Shown here piece after piece: positions 1 through 20,053 of a DNA stretch of 64,000 nucleotides (within the stretch, counting starts at the first letter, position 1; every line of letters begins with the position of its first letter). A program made the position numbers and the translations under genes. The notes beneath the pieces are model-generated. The model was not told the DNA's origin, did no database searches, and saw nothing but the letters and a program-made list of their open reading frames with translations. The stretch lies in assembly GCF_009914755.1 (NCBI RefSeq), contig NC_060941.1. The stretch is one strand, 5' to 3'. Origin of the DNA: the human T2T-CHM13v2.0 reference genome, Homo sapiens.

Positions 1-247
1 TCATGAGTAGGAAAATTCCAGTATAAATGAGAATCTCAAATCATGGCGTGGATTCCTTGGGGCCCTCCCTGTTTCATCCCCAGTTTCCTCATCTGAAAAT
101 GAGGCCGCCAAGGACCACAGCTTTCCCAGTGCTCAGACAGTAGTGAGATGAAGACAGTAAGATGAAGAGCTACAGGCTCCCCTCACTGTCACTGTTGCAG
201 AACAGCTGGAAGAGCTCCTGACTCCCTTTCCTTCCTTTGTGGTCCAG

Positions 248-700
248 GAGAAAGCCCCCCTCCAGCCCGAGACGTCTGCTGACTTCTATCGTGATTGGCG
301 ACGACACTTGCCAAGTGGGCCAGAGCGCTACCAGGCTCTACTGCAGCTTGGGGGTCCAAGGCTCGGCTGCCTCTTCCAGACAGATGTGGGATTTGGACTT
401 CTTGGGGAGCTGCTGGTGGCACTGGCTGATCACGTGGGGCCGGCTGACCGGGCAGCGGTGCTGGGGATCCTATGCAGCCTGGCGAGCACTGGGCGCTTCA
501 CCCTGAACCTAAGCCTGCTGAGCCGGGCAGAGAGAGAGAGCTGCAAGGGCTTGTTTCAGAAGCTGCAAGCCATGGGCAACCCCAGATCCGTGAAGGAGGG
601 GCTCAGCTGGGAGGAGCAGGGTCTGGAGGAGCAGTCTGGTGGGCTCCAGGAGGAGGAGAGGCTCCTGCAGGAGCTGCTGGAGCTGTACCAGGTTGACTGA
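248..700 (+). CDS. CCDC103: Last coding exon of CCDC103/DNAAF19 (dynein arm attachment factor, RPAP3_C-like domain); upstream exons lie outside the window
   Basis: Pyrimidine tract and acceptor ...ggtccAG at 246-247, then [21 protein letters not shown]...ELLELYQVD*. Contains ALADHVGP, with the His154 codon intact at 431-433. Confidence 0.95.
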
Positions 701-1541
701 TGCAGCAAGCTACCCTCAGAGGTCCCAGTGGTCACTGGAGGCAGTTTTTTGGTTGTTGTCTTGGGGGTTCTGCAGGACCATAATAAGAAACCCACACCTG
801 GTTCCCTTCTCAACTTGGAATTTTCAGAGCAAAAACAGGAATCAAGTCTTCCCCACTTCTCCAGTCCCTCAGTGTCTCGCTGTTTTGAACTGTGTGTATC
901 CATGGACAGTCAAGAGCTCAGGAAGTTGAGAGCGGTTTTGTTTCCCACCCTTAGAGTCTGCCAAGCCTCTAGCCCACTGGCCTTGAGAGATGAGTGTGTG
1001 CCCAACCAAATGCTGGCTATACCAGTTACAGCCTCCACTCATAAAAGGGAAAAAGCAAAATCTTTATGGTAAACAAACACTGATCTCCACAGCTCTTAAC
1101 AAGAATGTTTATAGCCCCAAACCAATGAATGGACATGTAATCAACAAATGATCAAATACTACATCATTTGAGGTGTTGAATTTTCCCCTAGAGACTCAGT
1201 TCTTGTGCAGGTTGGGCCTGGGAAAGTCCCAAGCCATCAGCTCAGGTCCAGCCAGCCTCCCGGATGGCCAGATATGCAGGAGGGTGGGTTTCCTTCATCC
1301 CCCAGGTTGATGAAAGACTTTTCCACCAGGCTGGCAGGGCAGGGCCTGGAGCACTGAGGCAGAGATCTCCCTGCCCGAGCACCTCGGCCCGCCCTTCTCA
1401 TTCCGGTTTCCTTTGACCCATTCTTGGGTGAGCGCCAGTGTTCTAGAAAGGGGAGTAAAGGCCAGGTTCTAGAATGGCTTTCCCCCCCCACCCTGAGATC
1501 AGGTCTGGAATGTTAGAAGGGCATCTTGTACATCCACTGGG

Positions 1542-1547
1542 AATAAA
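1542..1547 (+). terminator. Poly(A) signal for the CCDC103 3'UTR
   Basis: AATAAA about 840 nt after the CCDC103 stop, followed by U/GU-rich sequence. Confidence 0.65.
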
Positions 1548-1712
1548 TTGCCTTGCACTTGGCGGCTTCCTCTGCAGATTGTTGCTGCTTTTCCTGGCTG
1601 CATAATCCTTTCCTCATCCAGAGGCTTCCGCTTAGCAGAGCTTTCTAGGAGCCCTATGAGCCTTTAATGCCCTGGTTTTGCCCTGCCCCTCTGACCCCTG
1701 CCTCCTTCAGGT

Positions 1713-2957
1713 ATGCACCTGGCCCTCACCACTGTGCTCCTGTGGGCATGGGGGAGTCTCCAGGCCTTTGAAATTGTGGAGAAGGAAAACATTTTTCAGA
1801 GGACCCCCTGCCCTGCTTTCCTGATGTTTGAAAATGCAGCCTACCTGGCCGACATGAGCTTTGAGCTTCCCTGTCACTGCAAACCCGAAGAGGTGCCAGC
1901 TGTAGTCTGGTTCTACCAAAAGCACCTAGGTAGCAGCCACACCAAAGTGCTGACGGACTTTGATGGGCGGGTGCTGACGGAGGCAGCCCAGGTACGTGTG
2001 GGCAGCGACATGCTGACCCGCTTCAGCATCCGCATGTTCAGCTTGTTGGTTTTCAGGGCTCAGTCTGAGGACTCAGGCCTGTACTTCTGCGGCACCCGCA
2101 AGGGGGACTACTTTTACGCCTACGATGTGGACATCCAGAACAGTGAGGGAATGGTGGCCACTTTCCAGGACGAGGGCCAGGAGCCCTTTGCAGATGAATA
2201 CTATGGGCACCTCCATGTCTTCACCACCTTCTGGGAATGGACCCCCTGTGACCGCTGCGGAGTGCGTGGGGAGCAGTGGCGCATCGGCCTCTGCTACCTG
2301 CAGAGCCCAGACCTCTCCCCACGCTACCTCAAGGCCGTGCCCGATGTGGTGTCTTGTGGCTCAAGGGCTGTGCCAAGGAAGCTGCGGACCAAGGCCAGGG
2401 ACCACACGCCTGAGGTGCTGGTTCGGAGCTGCTTAGTACCCTGTGAGAAGACAAAGACCATCCGGGAGGGCGTGCTGGCCATCATTAACTATGTGTCCAA
2501 AGTGGGCAGCCGGCCCTGGGTGCCCCAGGTGCCCATTCAGTTCCACCAGCAGAGACTGGGCCATGGACTCATCATCTCCTGTCCTGGGGCCCGGCCAGAG
2601 CATGCAGTGGCCTGGGACAAAGACCGCCAGCACCTCTACCGCACACAGTACCTGAAGGGTGTCAACAGGTCCATGAGGGTGTTCATTGACCACGGCAACC
2701 AGCTCCACATCCGCTTCACCCAGCTGGATGACCGGGGCATCTACTATTGCTGGAGGCAGGGTGTGCTAGTTGCTGGCTTCCGGCTGGGTGTGACATCTCA
2801 TGGGCGCTACCCAGCCTCGTTCTCAGATCCTGAGACTCGCTCGGCTGTGGAGCTCACCCTGATAGGCTACCTGCTCATCACAGCAGTCTTTGTCACCATT
2901 CACTTCTGTCGTTGCTGCTGCTACTTATTTCACTGTTGTCCCAGCTTCTCCCCCTAG
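1713..2957 (+). CDS. FAM187A: FAM187A, Ig-like V-type domain type I membrane protein (414 aa, single coding exon)
   Basis: ORF with signal peptide, two Ig motifs ([16 protein letters not shown]), a TM helix ([18 protein letters not shown]) and a Cys-rich tail; sequence recognised. Confidence 0.93.
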
Positions 2958-3534
2958 GAGCTCTCTTCAGCTCTGAAGACCAGTTGTCCTTCAATGTGTT
3001 TGTTAAATGATACCAGATGTCTCTGGGTGGGTACCCTGGGTTGGGACAGGTGGTAGGAACATGTGGACAAATCTGTTACAGCCTGCTCCCCATTTTCATG
3101 GGCAGGTCTGGGACCTGATCTGAGAAGTGGAGGGGCCTGAGGCTGGTGGGAGATTGGGGACTGAGCTCAGGATGGAAGTAGGGCACATGTGTTTCCTGAC
3201 TTCACATTTAGGTCAGAGAAGGAAAGTGTGAACTCAGATTTATCCAATGGTAAACACTGATCAGTGTTGAATCATGTTTGAGCTGCTTTGCTTTCTTGCC
3301 TATGAAGATTGTGCTGGTTGAGTTGCAGGTAGCAGGGAGAGGAAGGAAGAAAAGAGTGGAGGGAGCTGGTGTATGTCCTCTTTGGCTGCGGGTGGAATTT
3401 GGTGAGGGCATGGGCCCCAGAGATGATCAGTAATAAGAAATGAGTTGGTCTTGTCAAAGGCTACATCTTGGCCCCAGTCCCGCCCTCTCATGAACAGATC
3501 AGAGTCCACTCTGGGGAAGGGCGCAGCATTTGTC

Positions 3535-3540
3535 TTTATT
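3535..3540 (-). terminator. Poly(A) signal of GFAP-alpha mRNA
   Basis: TTTATT on + (AATAAA on -), about 1.7 kb downstream of the GFAP stop. Confidence 0.85.
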
Positions 3541-4595
3541 TTTCCTCAGCGACTAAAGGCAGCAGCAGTGCCCTGAAGATTAGCAGCAGCAGCAGCAGCA
3601 GGTGGCAGGAAGGAGTGGAGGGAAAGGACACCAAGTCTTGGGGAGAGGGAAGGACCCTTCTTCGGCCTTAGAGGGGAGAGGAGAACCCTGAAGTGGGCCC
3701 TCCCAGTCCCGTCTCTGGGCACAGATCCCACCAGTCTGCTCACCAGTCTGCTCAGTCAAAGCAGAGTGGGTGCACTGGGGTGGACGTGTCAGCCCTGAGC
3801 ACCCGGCCTCCAGGCTGCAGGAATATGAGCCAGTGTCTTCACTTTGCTCGTGCCTCAGTTTTACAATTGTAAAATAGGGCACTACCTAGAATACTGGGTA
3901 CATTTTGTGTGTGAGTAAGAAGGGACCGCAAGAGGCCCTTGGCTTAGGGAAAAGCAGCCGGTCACTATGGGGTGGAGAGGGTCAGACGTGTGGCAGTGGC
4001 TTACTGGGGTTAAGAAGCAGCAGTCCCAGGGGCTCAGAGGCTGGGGCGGCCTGGTATGACACAGCAAGGAAGAGGCCTTTAGAAATGGGACAAAGTCATG
4101 CCCTGCCCCCATGGATACATCCCCTTTCTCTCCTGTTTCAGCATCTTCAAGAGGATGAGTCACTTCCTTAATTCCCACAATCCAGAGGCCAAGTGCAACT
4201 GGTCACCCACAACCCCTACTTGTATGCCTAGCGCCATCCCAATTGCCTCCTCCTCCATCTCTACCAGCGTCCCCTCCAGTCTGCACGGGGCAGTCCTCCT
4301 GGGCTTGACCTCTCTGTACCCACAGCTGGGGGCCAGGCAGCCCCCCTCTATCCCTCCCAGCACCTCATCCCTCTCCACGTACACAACAGATCCCCCAAGT
4401 GCTGAGAATCAAGCTCCCACCTGCCCACAGCGTGCCCACAGATGGCATCCCTGGATGGCAGCTCAGGTGGACTGAGACACTTGAGTCATCGCTCAGGAGG
4501 TCCTTCTGGGATCTGGGCAGGTGACTGCCCCAGGTGGCAGGACGTCCCCACCCATCTTAGACTGATCAGGGTCAGTCTAGGAGAACAACCCTCTG

Positions 4596-4732
4596 AGCTG
4601 GGCATGGTGGCTCCAATCTATAATCCCAGCTACACAGGAGGCTGAGGTGGGTAGACTGCTTGAGCCCAGGAGTTCAAGGTCAGCCTAGGCAGCATAGGGA
4701 TATCCCACCTCATAAAAACCAAAAGACAAAAC
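4596..4732 (+). mobile_element. Alu monomer (FLAM-like) in the GFAP 3'UTR
   Basis: gctgggcatggtggctc...taatcccagct...gagcccaggagttcaagg; about 135 bp with an A-rich end. Confidence 0.8.
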
Positions 4733-5232
4733 AAGCCTCTGGCCAGGGCTACCTTGTCTGTGGGGCCTTCCCTTTCCTGTCTGAGTCTCAGTTTTCCTCC
4801 AGCAGCCTGAGGAAACTCAAAGGCACAGTTCCCAGATACTCCGAGAGAACCTCCATCTCTGGCAACAGTTTCCATAACAACAGGAATCAGGGATGTGGAG
4901 GGCGATGTAGTAGGTGCCCCCCGCCCTCCTCCCCTTCTCTCCTTCCTCCTCATTCTAACGCAAGCTGCTGGCCATGCCCCTCCAGACTGCCCCTTGGGGG
5001 TGAGTTTCTTGTTAGTTGGAGTTGCTGGGTGCTGGGTGGGTGCCGTCTGGCAGGCCTGATACTGACGGAGCCTAGGGCAGCAAGCTGACCTAGGGACAGA
5101 GGAGGGAGGGGAGCAGCTGGGGTGGTGGGGAGCTCAGGTCTGGGGAAATGTGCCAGCAGAGGCGGAGCAACTATCCTGCTTCTGCTCGGGCCCCTCATGA
5201 GACGCGGCAGAGGCCACCAGGTGGGTCCTGCC

Positions 5233-13741
<8,509 letters not shown>

Positions 13742-13744
13742 TCA

Positions 13745-13978
<234 letters not shown>

Positions 13979-14668
13979 TCATAACCCAGGCATTATCTCA
14001 CTCAGCTGTAAGTGCCTGCAAGGTGCTGGGAATTTGGCGAAGAATGAACCTGTTCTGTACCCTCAAGGGCCACCTCATTTCCTACTAGGCCTCATTCCCA
14101 GCAGACTCCTGGAGTCCTTCCCTTGAACACAGATGTCCCACATTCCTGCTCTCTGCCCATTCATTCCCTGGAGTTCTGGGGCTGGGGGCTGGGATTGGAC
14201 ACCAGCCCTTTGTCTAAGGGTCAATCATGGCCTCTATGTGGCAGTGGAGGTCCTGATAGGGCAAGAGGGGGCCGGCACTCTCTTGCCTTATCAGGACTTT
14301 AGCCCCTGGATCTGTCCCTCCAGGTCACCCCTTCCTTGTCTGGCCTCCCTGTGCCTCTCTCCCAGAGACCAGGCCTTGACAGCTCCACAAAGCCGTTACG
14401 CATGAGCTGGCTGTGCTGGCTCGTCTTTATTCCTGCAGCGCCCCGTTTCCCTGGCCACCCCTCCGTCTCCCACTGGAGATTTATTTCCTCGAGTTCCCAC
14501 ACATCAGCCTGGAGAGATGGGAAGAACCTCTGGGGATGGATGGGTTTGGAAACGCTGGAGCCACTGGGCCCAACTAGGAGCCTGAGACCTGGGCCCTGTT
14601 GTCCCTGGAGACTTCAGGTCCATCTACGCCCTCCACTCTGGTCCCACAGGGTCAGAACCCTGCCCAGT

Positions 14669-15169
14669 CCCCTCACCCATTTGTGTCCTTGGACTTCTGG
14701 GAAGCAGACAGCCCTCCTCTCCCCCCCTGCCACCCACTGTCCATGCCTGGGCATCCCCTGATCCCCTTTCCTGGGCACAGGCTGAATAGAGCCTTGTTCT
14801 CCACCGCCGGTGGCGCCACACAGCAAGGGCAGCCCCTAGGGGGCTGTGCTGCTTTTATCCCAAGATGCCAGGCTGTCAGGCTGGGGTGCAATGCAAGCCC
14901 CCTGCTCAATGGGCTTCTCGGAAGGCATTTGAGGGGGGCTGGGGTGCGGCGGGAAGCAGGCACTGTGCCCACCCCGAACATTGTGTCTGTGCCAAGGTGA
15001 GTCATTCACTGGGCATGAAGAGGAGGCCCTGGGGGGCGGCCAGCCCAATGCTGCCAGGTCTGCTTGCAGACAAGGCCTGGCTGTCTGCCTCCTCCCCAGC
15101 TCACAGAGCCAGCTCAGGCCCCCGAGCCTCTGTCAGAGCAGCGTCCCCTACTCCACACCAGGATATGTT
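14669..15169 (-). promoter_or_regulatory. GFAP upstream astrocyte enhancer (the 'ABC1' segment used in gfaABC1D)
   Basis: STAT site TTCCGAGAA at 14923-14915, AP-1 TGACTCA at 15004-14998, NFI half-site TTGGCA at 14995-14990, second STAT-like TTCCCAGAA at 14703-14695; about -1.25 to -1.76 kb; sequence recognised. Confidence 0.9.
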
Positions 15170-15482
15170 CTTTTTTTTTTTTTTTTTTTTTTGTCTTTTG
15201 AGACAGGGTCTCACTGTTGCCCAGGCTGGAGTGCAGTGGCGCAACCACGACTCACTGCAGCCTCAACCTCCCAGCCTTAAGTGATCCCCTCACCTCAGCC
15301 TCCTGAATAGCTGGGACTACAGGTGTGTGTCACCACATGTGGCTGATTTTTTAACTTTTTTTGTAGAGATAGGGTCTTGCCATGTTGCCCAGGCTGGTCT
15401 AGAACTTCTGGGCTCAAGTGATCCTTCCACATCAGCCTCCCAAAGTGCTGGAATTACAGTTGTGCGCCACTGCGCCCAGCCC
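15170..15482 (-). mobile_element. AluJ
   Basis: Poly-T followed by Alu reverse complement. Confidence 0.88.
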
Positions 15483-15585
15483 AGGGTATGCTCTGCATTT
15501 GGACATGTGATGGACAGACTGCCTCCTGAGGTCTCCCTCTGTGAGTCCCAGCACAGAGAGGGAGGTGGGAGCTCCTTAGGCTCTA

Positions 15586-16035
<450 letters not shown>

Positions 16036-16337
16036 AAAGGAAGACTGGGGATAAGCTCTTGTCTGAACTCTGTCTCATCTCTGTGGCTAGGAGTGGCCCG
16101 CCTTTCCAGGCTGCCCAGCAAGTCACAGCATGTAGCCTTCCCTTTTGGTTCAAGGGAAGTCTAGTTAAAATAAGGGCAAAGCTGTCCTAGAGAGAAAAGA
16201 TGTGATGAGCAGGAGGTGCCTGTCATTGAAGCTCAGTGAACTGTCCCTGTGTATGTGAGACACAAGCTTGTTTCAGCATCAGCAGTTGGAGTCCCCCAGC
16301 TTTTGCCATCAGCCACCTCCGTGGACCCCTGTCATAG

Positions 16338-16724
<387 letters not shown>

Positions 16725-16794
16725 TAACTATCTAAAGGTGTCTGCACAGAGAACCAAAGATACAGACAGATTTGGTCGTGGTTGTGTTCCAAAC

Positions 16795-17085
16795 TTTCAT
16801 TATCTTTTTAATTAAATATTCATTGTAGAAAGGTCAGAAACTATAGATAAGCAATACAAAAAAATGTAATTAGCCATCATTTTGCCACCTGGAGATAAAC
16901 ACTACCAGATTTTTTCCACACATATATAATCATTTTTTTCAAAATGGGCTCATGCCGTACAAATTATTTTGTAATTTGCTTTTCTCACTCAACAATATGT
17001 TGTGAACATCTTTCCACATCAATAAATATTTGTCTGCATCATCATTTAACAGCTGCATGATTTTCCACTATATGCATTCATGTAC
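16795..17085. mobile_element. Old L1 (L1M-type) fragment
   Basis: AT-rich; ttgcttttctcactcaacaatatgttgtgaacatctttcca is typical of L1ME 3' ends. Confidence 0.55.
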
Positions 17086-17117
17086 CAAGCCCTAGTGGTG
17101 GACAGTATGACAGTATG

Positions 17118-17413
17118 TTCTCTCTCTCTCTTTTTTTTTTTTTAGAGACAAAGTCTCACTTTGCCACCCAGGGCCAGAGTGCAGTGGCACCATCATAGCC
17201 CACTGCAGCCTCAGACTTCTGAGCTCAAGCAATCCTCCTGCCACAGCCTGCCGAGGAGCTGGGACTACAGGCACATGACAGTGTGCCCAGATAATTTTTT
17301 TTTTCAGAGACCAAGTCTTGTTATGTTGCCCAGGCTGGTCTTGAACTCCTGGCCTCAAGTGATCCTCTGGCCTCAGCCTCCCAAAGTGCTAGGATTACAG
17401 ATGTGAGCCGCTG
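17118..17413 (-). mobile_element. AluJ
   Basis: Alu reverse complement. Confidence 0.88.
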
Positions 17414-18879
17414 TGACTGTCCTCTCTCTGTTCTAAACCACACTCTGATTTGCATCTGCTGCAGGCAGACACAGCAAACAGAGAAGGGTAGGCCCTCAGC
17501 CCGTCCAGCCTCCACCCAAACCCCCCATCCTCCTAGCCTGGCTCAGGCCCCATTCTCTGGGGTGCCTCCTCTCCTGCTTCCCCAAATGGAAGGCCCCAAC
17601 TTCTAAAGCCTCTGGCCAAACCCTAGACTGCCTTCTAGACTGCACAGCAGGATAATACCAGCCATGGAGAGAGAAGTCTGGATGCCCTTTCATGGAGCCT
17701 ACAGCCAAGCTGTGCCTGCTTCAAGCTGAGGTGAGGACAAGATGACCTTCCTGAGCCCCTCCCTCACATCAGAATCTGCTAGATGACCTTCTGCTTACAG
17801 GGTAAAGCCCAGATGCCTCCTGGGACAGACCAGCCCCACATGTGGCATCAACCCACACACAGGGTGCCTGGTGTTTGCCAAATAGGCCAGCCTCTAATTC
17901 AAACGGCAGTTTTGCCACATGACTGCTGCCCGCTGGTTCTGCTTGGGCCCTTGGCCCTGGCCCAGTGCCTGGCACAGCGTGGTGGTCAGCAAGCTGGGTG
18001 AAGAGAACACAGTCTCTCTGGCTGAGCCTTGGTGACCAGCAAGTCTGTTCATCCATGGCCTGTCCCGAGGAAGGGAACTGAGCCTGGTGGCCACTAGATG
18101 GTGGTGCTCAGCTGGTCAGGTGTGAGCCGCCACAGCCACCGCAGTTTAGAGGCAGGGAGAAAGCTGTAGGCGGAGTTTTCTAAAACCCAAATTTGTTTCA
18201 CCCAGGGGCATCACCCGCTTTGTTCTCTAGACTTGACTCTGACTGCTATAGCACTGTCCTCAAGGAGAGGGAGCAAAGCCTTGGCCACTCAGTAGCTGTG
18301 CAGTCTTTGATGACTTTAAGAACCTTGCCTGAGTCTTCATTTCCACGTCTGTAAAATGGGGATTCAACCATGCCTGCTCCCCAGGTAGTTGTAAGAATAA
18401 AATCAGTGAAAGCTGAACACAGCAGGTGCTTGACAAATTAGAGCTTCCATTTCATAACACCTACCAGGAGCTTTACCTATCGACATGTTAGCGGATCTGC
18501 GATGGGGTTGGCGGAGGGGCAGGAGCTGGGACCTCTGAAAGGGCTTCTGTATCCTGTTAACTCCTTTGGGAGTATGTGGACATCCCTCCCCCAAGGGCAG
18601 TTACTTGGCAGTGTGGACAGGACAGAGAGCAGCAGCTAGTGAAGCATGGGGGAGAGCCAGCACTGTCTACCCTCAGACCACGAGTTGTTGGTGGCTTCAT
18701 CTCCCAGGGGACACAGGCAAGTTATCTCCGCCGGCCCTGGAGACTCAGAGTACTGAGACTGCTTTCCCACCTGCTTTCTTGGCTCTCTGACTCCCCCAGT
18801 GGGTGCTGTTTTCTCCATCCTCACCCCTCCCCATCCCTAGACTTGAGCCCCACAACTCTATCCCGTTTGAAAAGCTCTG

Positions 18880-19215
18880 TGTGTCACCCCTGCTTGGGTG
18901 TGGGTCTCATTTGCATCTCAGCCTGAAGCTTTACAAGGAGAGGGGCCATGCCTTTCCCCCAACAGATGGGGACTTCCTGATGCTAGGACCTATGTCTTCC
19001 CAGCAAACTGGGGTCTCTCTAAGGACAGTGTTTCCCCCAACCCCAGGCTAAAGCACCCACAGGACAGGAGTCATCCTCTTCCCTTGGATAGGGGCTCCCC
19101 AATGCTAGAACCCATGGCTCATTGTCAGATGGGAGCTCCTTGAGGGCAGGAACTGTCTCCCATTCCATTGGAGAGGGGGTTGCCTCAGAGTAGGGCCCAT
19201 TCCTTACCCCCATCC
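18880..19215. repeat. Degenerate ~40-46 bp tandem array (L2-like unit)
   Basis: About 6-7 units resembling tcccccatcagactgggagctccttgagggcaggaactgtgtc. Confidence 0.55.
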
Positions 19216-19735
19216 TCAGCCTGTGCCCAGCCAGGCTCTGCTGTCTAGAACTGACTCCTGTGGCTGCAGAAAGGTTCCTGGCTGAACCCCAAGTCCCTTC
19301 CCCTTGCTCTTCCCTGGCCTTCTCAGCATTGGTTCACTAACCTTCACAGACCCCAGGCTGCTGCACTGGGGTTAATAAGCTCAGGACCGTTCTTCCTTGC
19401 TTCTCCCCACCCCAGCCAGGGCCCACTGTAGCCTGCCCCCCGCGTCCCAGCCTGTAACCCCGAGAGCAGCTTTTTAATTGCTTTCCCTGATCTGCTCTGT
19501 TCCCCACTCCCCTCTGCCTCCCTGATTGGCTCCCTCTGGAGGGTGAAAGGCGAGGACCAGATGTGGCCCTGGTGGGAGGAGCGGACTGGCGGGTGGCCTG
19601 TTATTTCCAGCCTATTAGTCCTCCAAATGGACAGGATGAACCGGAGAACGGAGGCAGGAGGGCTGCATGCGAGCTGTGGGAAGCCCTCAGGGTGAGCTGG
19701 AAAACACAGCCACCATCTCTAGGCCCCTGGGGTGA

Positions 19736-20053
<318 letters not shown>

